Source of the DNA: an uncultured delta proteobacterium
Lineage (GTDB): Bacteria > Myxococcota_A > Polyangia > Polyangiales > Houyiibacteriaceae
Reading direction: 5' to 3'
Length of the DNA stretch: 64,000 bases
Assembly (NCBI GenBank): GCA_963753395.1
Contig: CAVWBW010000008.1
Span: 64,064-128,063 of the forward strand
The notes under the pieces are model-generated. The model did no database searches. It saw only the letters and a list, made by a program, of their open reading frames with translations, and had not been told where the DNA came from. Of the stretch, positions 10,517 to 21,588 are shown one piece after another (position 1 is the stretch's first letter; each line of letters begins with the position of its first letter). A program made the position numbers and the translations under genes.

Positions 10517-11211
10517 CTCGCCCCCGACCGGTGGTCGCGATCGATGGCCCGGCGGGCGTCGGCAAAAGCACCACCTCACGAGAGCTCGCTCGCCGGCTCG
10601 GCTACACATTGGTCGACACTGGCGCGCTCTACCGAGGCGTCGCGCTAGCCGCCCGCGAGAGGGGTATCGACTGGGCTGACGAGGCGGCGGTCGCAGCAAT
10701 CTGCCCTCAGCTCGAGCTTGGATTTGTCTCGCAAGAGGACGGAACTCCACGGCTTCTGCTCGATGGTGTGGATCGCGGGGATGAGATTCGAACACCGGAG
10801 ATGTCCTCCGGGGCAAGTCAGGTCAGCGCCTATCCCGGGGTTCGCAGGGCGCTCCTCGGCATCCAGCGGGCGCTCGGCGCCCAAGGTGGCGTGGTCCTCG
10901 AAGGGCGGGACATCGGCACGGTCGTCTTTCCCGACGCCGAGGTGAAGCTCTTCCTAACGGCGTCTGCCGAAGAGCGAGCCCGCCGTCGCGTGAAAGACCT
11001 CGAATCACGGGGGATCGCGGTCGATCAGGACGAGCTGCTCGCCCAGATCAAGGCCCGCGACGAAGCGGATTCCACCCGAGCCATCGCGCCGCTCCGGCCG
11101 GCAGAGGACGCGGTCATCCTCGACAGCACCAGCCTCGACATGGAGGCTGTCATCCGACACGTGCTGGAGTTGGTCGAATCTAGTGCCGGCCCTGCAATTG
11201 ACACCCGATAA
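10513..11211 (+). CDS. cmk: Cytidylate kinase
   Basis: AIDGPAGVGKST, DTGALYR, EGRDIGTVVFPDA. Confidence 0.97.
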   Translation: MTRPRPVVAIDGPAGVGKSTTSRELARRLGYTLVDTGALYRGVALAARERGIDWADEAAVAAICPQLELGFVSQEDGTPRLLLDGVDRGDEIRTPEMSSGASQVSAYPGVRRALLGIQRALGAQGGVVLEGRDIGTVVFPDAEVKLFLTASAEERARRRVKDLESRGIAVDQDELLAQIKARDEADSTRAIAPLRPAEDAVILDSTSLDMEAVIRHVLELVESSAGPAIDTR

Positions 11212-11226
11212 CTCCCCTGCTACCCA
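11198..11226 (+). promoter_or_regulatory. Putative sigma70 promoter of rpsA
   Basis: Perfect TTGACA (11198-11203), 17-bp spacer, TG-c-TACCCA; about 90 bp upstream of rpsA. The -10 element is imperfect. Confidence 0.45.
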
Positions 11227-11315
11227 CGACATCCCCTGCGTTTCCGGGGGCCTTCGGAACTACGGCCATGTGTGCCGGGAAGCTCTGAGCAGCTCCGGGA
11301 AGCAGTGATTTATCC

Positions 11316-13136
<1,821 letters not shown>

Positions 13137-13162
13137 CCCAGCCGCCCGCGGCACACTGACTA

Positions 13163-13191
13163 GAGCTCGGGTTCCCAAAGGACTCGGGCTC
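13163..13191 (+). terminator. Stem-loop after rpsA (possible terminator or stabiliser)
   Basis: GAGCTCGGGTTCC-CAAA-GGACTCGGGCTC hairpin, without a U-tract. Confidence 0.35.
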
Positions 13192-13237
13192 GATGTCGTT
13201 AACGTGAGCCCTAGGGGCACGCGCACGGACACCAGCA

Positions 13238-13391
13238 CCCCTCAAGACATGCGGGGGTGCGAGCCGGAACGGCGAAGCCCGGCGCGAATGCGCCGCCAAG
13301 CCCAAGCGAAGCAAGGGGCGCGGAGGTAGGATTGCGGGTGGGGGCGGGCGGGTGGATTTAACTAGACCTCCCGACTTCAATCGCGTTGGCT
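13238..13391 (+). repeat. Dispersed REP-like palindromic element, copy 1
   Basis: Shares GAGCCGGAACGGCGAAGCCCGG...ACTAxACCTCCCGAC...ATCGCGT with copies at 14686 and 61827; partial copies at 31972 and 37101(-). Confidence 0.85.
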
Positions 13392-13419
13392 GTCACTGAT
13401 CCCCTGGCATACTTCATCC

Positions 13420-14670
13420 GTGCGACTGGCTTCCTTCCTCCTCCTCGGGATCGTCCTCGCGGCCGACAGCGTCGCCTTCGCTGAGCCGATCGACTCCCGC
13501 GAGGACTATCTAGTTCGCGGGGAACCGGTGCCCCAAGGGGAGCTATTCGGAACGGTCGCGCTTCTGAGAGCCGGGGCCGAAGAGACCCTGCTTGATATCG
13601 ACGGGCTTTCGCTGCCGTACCGCGTCTTCTGCTCCGGCACGCTGATTACGCCCACGACGGTGCTCAGCGCAGGCCACTGCGTGCAGGCCTGCCCAGACGG
13701 CGACTGCCGCTGTGGCGAGGACGGCTGCCAAGTTGTAGCCACGCGCCGCATCTACGTCGCCGCAGGAATGACGGACCTCGAGAGCGTGTGGGAAGCCGAG
13801 CTCGTGGGTGTCTCCAATATCGTGCTGCAAGACGACTACCTCGACTGGGAATCGCTCGAGTTCGCGTGCGACCAATCGTCTTGTCCGGGCCTCGCCTGGG
13901 ACTCGAACGATCTCGCGCTGCTTCACCTGACGACGCCGATCACTTCCTTGCGACCGGTCGCCCTCTACCCGGAGGACCGAATCTTCGATCTGGCGGGCAC
14001 CGAAACAGTCGGCCTGGCTCAGGGGTACGGGCTGCCGCTGCCGCCAGAGAGCGAGGAGCTGCTCCCACAGGATTCCTACGTGGCCCTGCTGAACCAAGGG
14101 CCGAGCAAGATCGTACGAACGACACACAACGAGCTACTCACCACCCGCAGCGAGGACAACAGCGCGGTGTGCTTCGGCGACTCCGGGGGACCGCTCTACG
14201 TAGTCGAAGGCGGCTCGCCGATGGTGGCCGGAGTGGCATCGAGACTGCGTGGCGACGCCCGCGAGTGCGACGGCGGAGGCGTCTACGCACTCGCCCCGGC
14301 GTACACCGAATGGATCGAGGACAACGTCACCGGAGAGCTCCCATCCCCGTCCAGCGGAGCAGGGGGCTGCTCGGCGTCACGCCCCAGCAGCCCCAGCAGC
14401 GTCGTTGCGCTGGGCCTGGGACTTCTTGTCGTTTTGCTGCTTCGCTCAAGGCGCGTTGCTTCGATCGGAGTCGCCGTTGGCATCGAGGTCGACGTCAGCG
14501 AGGCCGTGGTCGGACCCGCTGTGTGTATTCCAACCCGCCCGCTCGAGGTCACTTACGTCTATGCTTGTCGATCGGACGCGCTCTTTTCGAACATCGTCAG
14601 CTTCGAAGGACAGGTTGTCCACCTAGACGATCGAGCCAACCCCGTCGCCGTAGTCCTGACTGACCCTTAG
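13420..14670 (+). CDS. Secreted S1 (trypsin-fold) serine protease with MYXO-CTERM-like segment and shortened C-terminal tail
   Basis: Signal peptide; CSGTLI, SAGHC, NDLALL, CFGDSGGP triad motifs; GAGGCS...LGLGLLVVLLLRSRR. Confidence 0.85.
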   Translation: MRLASFLLLGIVLAADSVAFAEPIDSREDYLVRGEPVPQGELFGTVALLRAGAEETLLDIDGLSLPYRVFCSGTLITPTTVLSAGHCVQACPDGDCRCGEDGCQVVATRRIYVAAGMTDLESVWEAELVGVSNIVLQDDYLDWESLEFACDQSSCPGLAWDSNDLALLHLTTPITSLRPVALYPEDRIFDLAGTETVGLAQGYGLPLPPESEELLPQDSYVALLNQGPSKIVRTTHNELLTTRSEDNSAVCFGDSGGPLYVVEGGSPMVAGVASRLRGDARECDGGGVYALAPAYTEWIEDNVTGELPSPSSGAGGCSASRPSSPSSVVALGLGLLVVLLLRSRRVASIGVAVGIEVDVSEAVVGPAVCIPTRPLEVTYVYACRSDALFSNIVSFEGQVVHLDDRANPVAVVLTDP

Positions 14671-14685
14671 GAGGATCACTGGCGC

Positions 14686-14808
14686 GCCCCCAATCCATGC
14701 GCGGCAGCCCGAGCCGGAACGGCGAAGCCCGGGGACGCGGGGGGAGGATTACGGGTCGGGGTGGGTGGGCGGTCTTGACTAAACCTCCCGACGCCAATCG
14801 CGTTCGCT
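14686..14808 (+). repeat. Dispersed REP-like element, copy 2 (internal deletion)
   Basis: CCCCCAATCCATGCGCGGCAGCCCGAGCCGGAACGGCGAAGCCCGG then the G-rich arm; lacks the GGCGCGAATGCGCC segment. Confidence 0.85.
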
Positions 14809-14856
14809 AGGACTGGCACTGTCGCTCACACTGATCGCGTGGCATAGTTCCGCTCC

Positions 14857-16515
14857 GTGCGGCTGACTCCCTTGTCCCTTTTCGTGTTTGGCCTCCTTGC
14901 GAGCGTTCCCGCAGTAGCCCGGGCTGATTCCGTCGATTCAGGTGAGGAATACATCGTGGGCGGTCGTCCGGTCGTGGCCGGTGAGACGCTTGCGACGGTC
15001 GGATTGGTCTACGCGTTCGAACCAGCCGAGTCCGAGGACCTGTCTGCGCTCCACTTCCTGGAGCTTGTCGGATGCACGGGGACTCTCATCGCTCCCGCCG
15101 TGGTCGTCACTGCAGCGCACTGCGTCGACAACTGTCTCCGCGACGCGAACTGCGATGCTCCCAACGACTCCGGCGAGACGTGCGAGTGCGAATCGCACCC
15201 GCCGCCGGACGGCACGCTCTTCGTCGCGACTAGGCTACGAACTCTGGATGACGTTTGGCGTGCAAACGCCGTGGCCGTCAAAGAGGTCTTCATCCACGAG
15301 GAGTGGGGGGTGTTCGCCGAGTGGGACATCGACCCGGAAACCGGCCTCGGCGTCGGCGTACACGACATCGCAGTCGTCGTGCTCGCATCACCGATCGGCG
15401 AGATAGAACCGGCGCGTCTGTGGCCAGCCGACTCCGCGACCGATCCCGAAACGGGCCTTGCGCAAGGCTACGGCTTGCAGGAACAACCCTTCAGCGACGA
15501 ACTAGGAAGACAAGAGGAATTTGAATCGCTGCTCAACGAGATCGAGCTCCCAATCGAAGCCATGACCGCCGAGGAGGTTCTCACCGGAGCGGGAATGGAT
15601 GACGGCGGCCTTTGCTTCGGCGACTCGGGTGGGCCCCTCTACGTACGGGAAGGCAGTGCTCTCTTCCTGCTCGGCGTTGCGTCGAGGGCAACGGGCGGCG
15701 CTGGTGACGACGCGCCATGCTCGCCGGGTGGAGTCTACACCTCCGCAAGCGGACACGCCGAATGGATCCTAGACAAAGCCCCCTCTGCGGCCGTGGGCTC
15801 GGACGGCGCCGGCGGCTGCTCGATCCGCAGCCAAGCCTCAAACCGTGGCGCGTGGATCTTGCTGGGTGCACTGCTCGGTTGGGTTTGGTTCCGCCGGCGG
15901 CGCCGAGCGCATGCTAGCGCGCTGTTGGTCGTCCTGGGTCTCCTCGCCGCCTGCGGCGGCTCTGACGGAGAAGCGGCGTTCTGCACCCCTTCGCGCGATC
16001 CCTCAGGCGCATTTTGCAATCCAGGGGTGGCGCGACTCGACCTTCAATCCGCCGAGCGACTCGCGCGAGAGGCGGCGGCCGAAGGGGCATGGCTCTGGGC
16101 GGCCTCGTCAGACGGCACGCGCGGCCTCAACCCCGATGGCGTCGCCGAGTCTTGGTTATTCGACTACTACATGCCCGAAGCGACAGCGTCCGAGCCCCTG
16201 GATCTCGAGCGTATCACCGTGTCCGCTTCGGGGGAGATCACGCAGGTGAGCCAGCCCGGCTCTCTGTCCTGCGTCCCGGAACGTCCGCTGCGCGCAATCG
16301 ACTCACGCGCCATCACCCACCACGCCATTGGCCGCATGTCGGAGGCGGGAACGGAGGTCCAGGTGGGTGGGTCGCCCGACCTCCAAATCGTGCAGCGTCA
16401 CATCTGCGACTCCGCGTCTACCTACTGGAATCATGTCGCCTACGGAGACGTTTACGTTTTCTACGACGGGAGCGGCACGTTCCTAGGGCTCATCGACTTC
16501 GCGACGCTCGAGTAG
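14857..16515 (+). CDS. S1 serine protease with internal MYXO-CTERM, lipoprotein signal and C-terminal domain
   Basis: IVGG, CTGTLI, TAAHC, HDIAVV, CFGDSGGP; GAGGCSI...WILLGALLGWVWFRRRRR followed by AHASALLVVLGLLAAC. Confidence 0.88.
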   Translation: MRLTPLSLFVFGLLASVPAVARADSVDSGEEYIVGGRPVVAGETLATVGLVYAFEPAESEDLSALHFLELVGCTGTLIAPAVVVTAAHCVDNCLRDANCDAPNDSGETCECESHPPPDGTLFVATRLRTLDDVWRANAVAVKEVFIHEEWGVFAEWDIDPETGLGVGVHDIAVVVLASPIGEIEPARLWPADSATDPETGLAQGYGLQEQPFSDELGRQEEFESLLNEIELPIEAMTAEEVLTGAGMDDGGLCFGDSGGPLYVREGSALFLLGVASRATGGAGDDAPCSPGGVYTSASGHAEWILDKAPSAAVGSDGAGGCSIRSQASNRGAWILLGALLGWVWFRRRRRAHASALLVVLGLLAACGGSDGEAAFCTPSRDPSGAFCNPGVARLDLQSAERLAREAAAEGAWLWAASSDGTRGLNPDGVAESWLFDYYMPEATASEPLDLERITVSASGEITQVSQPGSLSCVPERPLRAIDSRAITHHAIGRMSEAGTEVQVGGSPDLQIVQRHICDSASTYWNHVAYGDVYVFYDGSGTFLGLIDFATLE

Positions 16516-16534
16516 GGAGGGGGCCAGAGAAAGG

Positions 16535-16560
16535 CGGTCCGAGGGTCGAGTCTCGGACCG
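16535..16560. terminator. Hairpin between convergent genes
   Basis: CGGTCCGAG-N8-CTCGGACCG perfect 9-bp stem. Confidence 0.45.
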
Positions 16561-16585
16561 ACCGCTCGCGCCGGTGCTGACCGCC

Positions 16586-17341
16586 TCAGTGCACGCTAAT
16601 CACAACTGCCGTAATATTGTCCCGGCCACCCCGCGCGTTCGCCATTGCGATGAAGCGTTGTGCGGCGCCGTTGGGACCCATGTCGATTACGTCCGGGATC
16701 TCGTCGTCTTGGAGATAGCCGTGGAGACCGTCTGAACAGAGCAGATACGCGTCGGAAGGGCGCACCTCGAAAAAGCCCGTATCGACTTGCACGTACTCGC
16801 GGCTTCCGACCGCGCGCGTGATCACGTTGCGGTGCGGGGAGCGGGCGGCTTCGGCCTCGGTGATGATCCCTTGCTTGAGCTGCCAGGCGACGAGGGTGTG
16901 GTCTTCGGTGAGCGGTTCGGCCGATTGCCCGCGAACACGGTAAATGCGGCTATCGCCGACCTGCGCCGTGATTCCGTAATCGCCGCACATTGCGAGCACG
17001 GAAACGGTCGTGCCCATGCCTTGCTGATTGGGATCGTGCTGTGCCAGGCCGAAGACCATGTACGTGGCCGCCTGTACAGCACTCTCGGCCACGCGGATGG
17101 CCTGCCGGAGCGAGTCCTCCGAGGTGTCGCCCTGCGCCACCTTGTCGAGCGCCCCGTGGCCACGGATCACCATTCCGTGAACGGTTTCGACAGCCTGCTG
17201 GCTGGCGATCTCGCCCGCGGCGTGGCCGCCCATACCGTCTGCGACGACGTACAACCCGAGGTCGTCATCGACGAGGAAGGCGTCCTCGTTCAGTTTTCGG
17301 CGCTGGCCAACGTCGGTCAGTCCCGCACTGTGATATTGCAA
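16586..17341 (-). CDS. PP2C/Stp1-family Ser/Thr protein phosphatase
   Basis: TDVGQRRKLNEDA, VADGMGGHAAGE, MGTT, VGDSR, RNVITRAVG, LCSDGL, GGRDNIT. Confidence 0.95.
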   Translation of the reverse strand: MQYHSAGLTDVGQRRKLNEDAFLVDDDLGLYVVADGMGGHAAGEIASQQAVETVHGMVIRGHGALDKVAQGDTSEDSLRQAIRVAESAVQAATYMVFGLAQHDPNQQGMGTTVSVLAMCGDYGITAQVGDSRIYRVRGQSAEPLTEDHTLVAWQLKQGIITEAEAARSPHRNVITRAVGSREYVQVDTGFFEVRPSDAYLLCSDGLHGYLQDDEIPDVIDMGPNGAAQRFIAMANARGGRDNITAVVISVH

Positions 17342-17455
17342 ATCATCCCCGTTCTAAGCGAAGCGGCCGCTGAGCAGCCCCGGCCCTCCCAGGTTAGCGA
17401 AAAAGGCGCGACTCCACCAAGAAGAGGTCCGAATTGACTGCTAAGCTCGGCCCAC

Positions 17456-18823
17456 ATGAACGCCGAAGCCCCCGAAGACCTCGAAGCAACTTGGCAAGAG
17501 CTCCTGCGACGACGCTCACAACTCGTCGAGGATCCCAAGCTCGCGGCCCTCGCCCTCGGCCTCATTCAGCAGATGGGCAACGCGCCGGCGCATCGCGACG
17601 TGCTCCGGGACCTCACGCACGCCTGGAGCAAAGACTCGGGCTTGCTGCTCGCCGCGGCATCGATGTTGGTCGAGCAAGCCGGACGCCGCGGCATGGACGA
17701 GCCCCCGATCACGGAGGAGGGTCCGGCATCGTGGGCCGCGGCCGGCTTGCAGCGCGCCTTGGACGCGCTGAGCGACGCCGACCAGAAAGACCCTGACATC
17801 GCCGGCAACCTCCATGCCATGCTGGGCAACGCGCTGCGGCTCTCCGGGCCAAGCCGCGATGCGGAAGCACAGGAATCGTTCACGCGAGCGATCGAGCTCG
17901 ATCCGGACCGCGGAGAGTGGTGGTACGACGCCGGACTCCTCGACAAGTGGCGTGGGCGCTTCGATGAGGGCTTCGCCGCCAACGAGCTAGCCCGCATGCA
18001 CCTGGGCGATGAGCGACCGGTGCTTTGGAACCTCGCGATTTGCGCGACGGCGCTCGGCAAAGCGGAGGAAGCCGTCGATTCATGGCTCGAGATGGGCATC
18101 GAAGCGCGCGTCGATCGCTCGCGTGGCATGCCCTACGTCGCCGGCCTCCCACCGCTCCTCCTGCGTGTGCTTTCGCGAACGCCGGCGACGGATGCGACAT
18201 CACAGCTTCCGGACAAGTCCGTCGGCTTCGAGCTCGTGTGGGTGGCGCCTCTGAGCCCTTGCCACGGCGTCGTGCAATCGCCGACCTTCCGCGACGCGCC
18301 GATCGACTACGGCGACTTGGTGCTCTGGGACGGCGCCCCCGTCGCCGCACACAACACCGCCGACCACGGGCCGGTGCCGGTGTTCCCCCTGCTCGAGATT
18401 CTCCGCCAAGGCGCCGAGCGCCGCTGGCCGTTCGTCGCTCTCGAGCGGGAGCACGGCGCGCTCGACGGGCTCGAGAGCGAGCTGCCCGAAGGCACACGGG
18501 TGTTCATCCAAGAGGAGCGGGTCGAGCACCATTGCGCAGCTTGCGCGACGGGAGAGCCCCACGAGCATGGGTCAGCGGCAGTGCCAGCGTCAGCGTCAGC
18601 GTCAGCGTCAGCCAGACTGGTGCGGGGGAAGATCATCGTCGAGCCGACCCAGAAGCTAGAAGAGTTTCGAGATTCTTGGGAGGCTGCGATCGCGAAGCGC
18701 CAGGCGACCGTGTCGATGCCCTCGCTCTACGAGCAACTCAAGGATTCCAAACGCGCCGGCCAGGAGCACCAGGCTTGGCGCGGCATCGAAGGGAAAGCGC
18801 TGCGGAGCAAGGCGCGCCCGTGA
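17456..18823 (+). CDS. TPR-containing hypothetical protein
   Basis: TPR-like helices (AMLGNALR...AIELDPD...WYDAGLL, LWNLAICATALG); a CxxC/His cluster (HHCAACATGEPHEH) near the C-terminus. Confidence 0.75.
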   Translation: MNAEAPEDLEATWQELLRRRSQLVEDPKLAALALGLIQQMGNAPAHRDVLRDLTHAWSKDSGLLLAAASMLVEQAGRRGMDEPPITEEGPASWAAAGLQRALDALSDADQKDPDIAGNLHAMLGNALRLSGPSRDAEAQESFTRAIELDPDRGEWWYDAGLLDKWRGRFDEGFAANELARMHLGDERPVLWNLAICATALGKAEEAVDSWLEMGIEARVDRSRGMPYVAGLPPLLLRVLSRTPATDATSQLPDKSVGFELVWVAPLSPCHGVVQSPTFRDAPIDYGDLVLWDGAPVAAHNTADHGPVPVFPLLEILRQGAERRWPFVALEREHGALDGLESELPEGTRVFIQEERVEHHCAACATGEPHEHGSAAVPASASASASARLVRGKIIVEPTQKLEEFRDSWEAAIAKRQATVSMPSLYEQLKDSKRAGQEHQAWRGIEGKALRSKARP

Positions 18824-19632
18824 GCGAGGGTGGGCGCCCACTCCTTCCATCCGAGCAGTACGAGTTCGACGATCTTCCTCGGCTCGACGAGGCGACGATG
18901 TTGGAACGACGGCAGCTCGTCTTCCTCGTTCTGTCGGGTCTCTTTCTCGGCACGCTCGCGATGCTCAACATCCTCGGCGTCACCCGCTTCATCGATCTGA
19001 GCTTCACGGTACCAGGAACGAGCCTCACGGTTCCGATGCCGCTTGCGGTTGGCGTCTTGCCATATCCGATCACGTTCCTCTGCACCGACTTCATCTCGGA
19101 GCTCTACGGCCGGCATCGCGCCAATCAAGTCGTGTGGATGGGGCTCGCCTTGAACCTCTGGGTGATGCTGATTCTGTGGGTCGGGGGCGCGCTTCCCGGC
19201 TTCGAACCTCCCGACCAACCTCAATCCGGCGTGTTCTTCGAAGTGCGGCGTCTGGCGTTCGGGGCGGTGACCGCCTCGATGATCGCGTATCTGGCCGCGC
19301 AGTTCATCGACGTGCACGTGTTCCACTTCTGGAAGCGCCTCACCGGCGGCCGTCATCTATGGCTGCGCAACAACGGATCCACCTTGGTCAGCCAGTTGGT
19401 CGACACCGTGTCGGTCATTCTCATCACGCACTTCCTCGTGCACGGTCTGCCGATCGAGGCGACGAAGCCCGTGTGGCCGCAGCTCCTCACGTATATCGGC
19501 GCAGGCTACACCTTCAAGCTCACGGTGGCGCTGCTGGACACGGTACCGTTCTATTGGGGCGCCAAGCACCTCGGGCGGCACCTGCGGATTCATCCGGTGC
19601 ACGGCACCGGGAACTGGGCCGCGGACTACTGA
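18820..19632 (+). CDS. Queuosine precursor transporter (YhhQ/Vut_1 family)
   Basis: GVLPYPITFLCTDFISELYG, ASMIAYLAAQFIDV, LWLRNNGSTLVSQLVDT; GTG start overlaps the upstream TGA. Confidence 0.88.
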   Translation: MSEGGRPLLPSEQYEFDDLPRLDEATMLERRQLVFLVLSGLFLGTLAMLNILGVTRFIDLSFTVPGTSLTVPMPLAVGVLPYPITFLCTDFISELYGRHRANQVVWMGLALNLWVMLILWVGGALPGFEPPDQPQSGVFFEVRRLAFGAVTASMIAYLAAQFIDVHVFHFWKRLTGGRHLWLRNNGSTLVSQLVDTVSVILITHFLVHGLPIEATKPVWPQLLTYIGAGYTFKLTVALLDTVPFYWGAKHLGRHLRIHPVHGTGNWAADY

Positions 19633-21380
19633 CCTTCGGAATTGTCGTAGATGTAGACCGCGCCGCTGTTGGTGATCGAGCCACCCGAAGGCGTCCCGTT
19701 GACGCCAATCGCCGCGCTGTCTTCGTAAGGTGTACCGACGACCAAGGTGTCGCCCGACAAGCTCATGCTCGAACCCTTGAGGGTGGTTTGCACCTCGCAG
19801 GAAACCAAGCTGCTGGGCGTGCCGTACGTGACCGAACCCGGCGGGCCGGCAAACGCGGATTCGGCGTCGGCGTTGAACGCCTTGTAGAAGTTGGTCTGCG
19901 CCCACTCGCCGTCTACGAGACTGAACACGTACGCGCCGCCGCTATTCACGCCGCCAGTCGAGCTCTCGCCAGGCGAGCCCACGATGAGATTCGTGTCGTT
20001 CACGCTCAGCATCGCGCCGAAGAAGTAGAAGCACGACGCGTTCGATGCCTTCAGGTACTGAGTCTGCTCCCAGACGCCACCGCTCCGCTCGAAGACGTAC
20101 GCCGCACCCGCTTCGCAGTTCAGGCCGTTCATCTCTGCAGTGCCGGCGTTCGCGCCTTGGTTGTCGACCTGATCGCTGTCTTCGCGCTCCGCGCCAACCA
20201 CGATGGTGTCTCCATGGATCGCGACGGCGAAGCCGAAGCGATCGCCCGCATCGGTGTTGGACGCCTTCAGGTAGGCCGTTTGAACCCACTCGTCTTCGAT
20301 CTTCTCGAACACGTACGCGGCACCGGCTCCGGGCGCGCTGTCGTCGCTCTCATCACCGTTGACGCCCATGGCCGCGCTACCCTCACCGGGCGCGCCGACC
20401 ACGATGGTATTTCCGGACACGGCAACCGAGGCCCCGAAGCCGTCGCCTTCGCCACTCGTCGGGCAAGCGAACTCCTCGCAGGCGATGCATTCGTAGGTGC
20501 CGCCCGCGTTGGACGCTGTCGTCGGGCCTGGTTGCGTCCAGTCGACCGAGTTGATCTTCTCGAAGATGTACACCGCGCCGCTGTAGTCGCGGTCCGCGAC
20601 GGGGATTGGCGCCTCACCCAAGGAGTGCCCCGGCGCACCCACCACGAGCGTTTGGCCGATTTCGCTGACTGGTGTGAGCGCAACCGAGTTGCCGAACAGG
20701 TCGAGCGGATCGGTGTCGAGCCCGCGAAGACAACCCCGCTGGGCGCCGGCCGATTCCTGAGTCCAGTTCCCGGTCAGGCGGTTTCGAATGAACACGCGCA
20801 CCGAACCGATGCCACCGAGGCCGAAACCCAGCGATCCAACCACGAAGGTTTCCTCGGCGACCGCAACGCTCCATCCAAACAAGCCGTCGCCGCAGCTCTG
20901 GCCGAGGGGCGGGGTGTCGAACTCTTGCACGACCGACCATTCGTCATTTGCGCGCTCGAACAAGGCGACCTGGCCGAAAGGCGGCCCGCTCGACGGCGAA
21001 CCGACGAGCATCCGGTCCCCCTCAACCGAAACGCTAGTGCCGAACAAGGCGTTCGGCTCGGGCCGCGGCGACTTCACGAACGCCTTGAGCTCCGTCGCGG
21101 CGCAGAAGCCGTCACGGCACACGCCTGCGGCCTCGTTGCAAGCCGCGCCATCGGGGAGCGGCTCGTTGACGCACACACCCGCTTCGATGTCACATGTCGT
21201 CAGCTGGCATTCGTTGGACGCACCACCGGCGCAGTCCTGGTCCGCCACACAGAACGGAACGATGTCCCCGCCCGTGCCGCCGCCCCCTGGCTCGGAGCTT
21301 CCGCTCCCACCGCAGGCGACGAGACCCAAGGAAAAACACAGCGTCAACGAGCGAAACGGGAGCCAAGAAAGACGAGACAT
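19626..21380 (-). CDS. FG-GAP (integrin alpha-like) repeat lipoprotein
   Basis: Lipobox LVAC; repeats FGASVAVSGNTIVVGAP...GAAYVFE, YLKASN; GGAGG RBS upstream. Confidence 0.88.
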   Translation of the reverse strand: MSRLSWLPFRSLTLCFSLGLVACGGSGSSEPGGGGTGGDIVPFCVADQDCAGGASNECQLTTCDIEAGVCVNEPLPDGAACNEAAGVCRDGFCAATELKAFVKSPRPEPNALFGTSVSVEGDRMLVGSPSSGPPFGQVALFERANDEWSVVQEFDTPPLGQSCGDGLFGWSVAVAEETFVVGSLGFGLGGIGSVRVFIRNRLTGNWTQESAGAQRGCLRGLDTDPLDLFGNSVALTPVSEIGQTLVVGAPGHSLGEAPIPVADRDYSGAVYIFEKINSVDWTQPGPTTASNAGGTYECIACEEFACPTSGEGDGFGASVAVSGNTIVVGAPGEGSAAMGVNGDESDDSAPGAGAAYVFEKIEDEWVQTAYLKASNTDAGDRFGFAVAIHGDTIVVGAEREDSDQVDNQGANAGTAEMNGLNCEAGAAYVFERSGGVWEQTQYLKASNASCFYFFGAMLSVNDTNLIVGSPGESSTGGVNSGGAYVFSLVDGEWAQTNFYKAFNADAESAFAGPPGSVTYGTPSSLVSCEVQTTLKGSSMSLSGDTLVVGTPYEDSAAIGVNGTPSGGSITNSGAVYIYDNSEGQ

Positions 21381-21588
21381 CACAACCTCCCCGCGGCCGG
21401 GGTCAAAGAGATCCATCCGGGCATCATACATGGGCGGCCCTGCACTTCAAGACGCCGTTTGCGGCATCGGCCGCCGACCTTGCACGGCGTTCGCGCTTGG
21501 TATGCCGGCTCACACAGGGCTCACATTGGACCACATTCGCTTTCGTTCGAAATGCGACGAATCCCGAGAGCTGACGGACTATGGGCCC

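Noticed and set aside
13238..14808. CRISPR, integron attC or group II intron domain V interpretation of the dispersed repeat
   Set aside because: No repeat-spacer periodicity, cas genes or integrase; no RYYYAAC/GTTRRRY box pair; only the initial GAGCCG resembles domain V.
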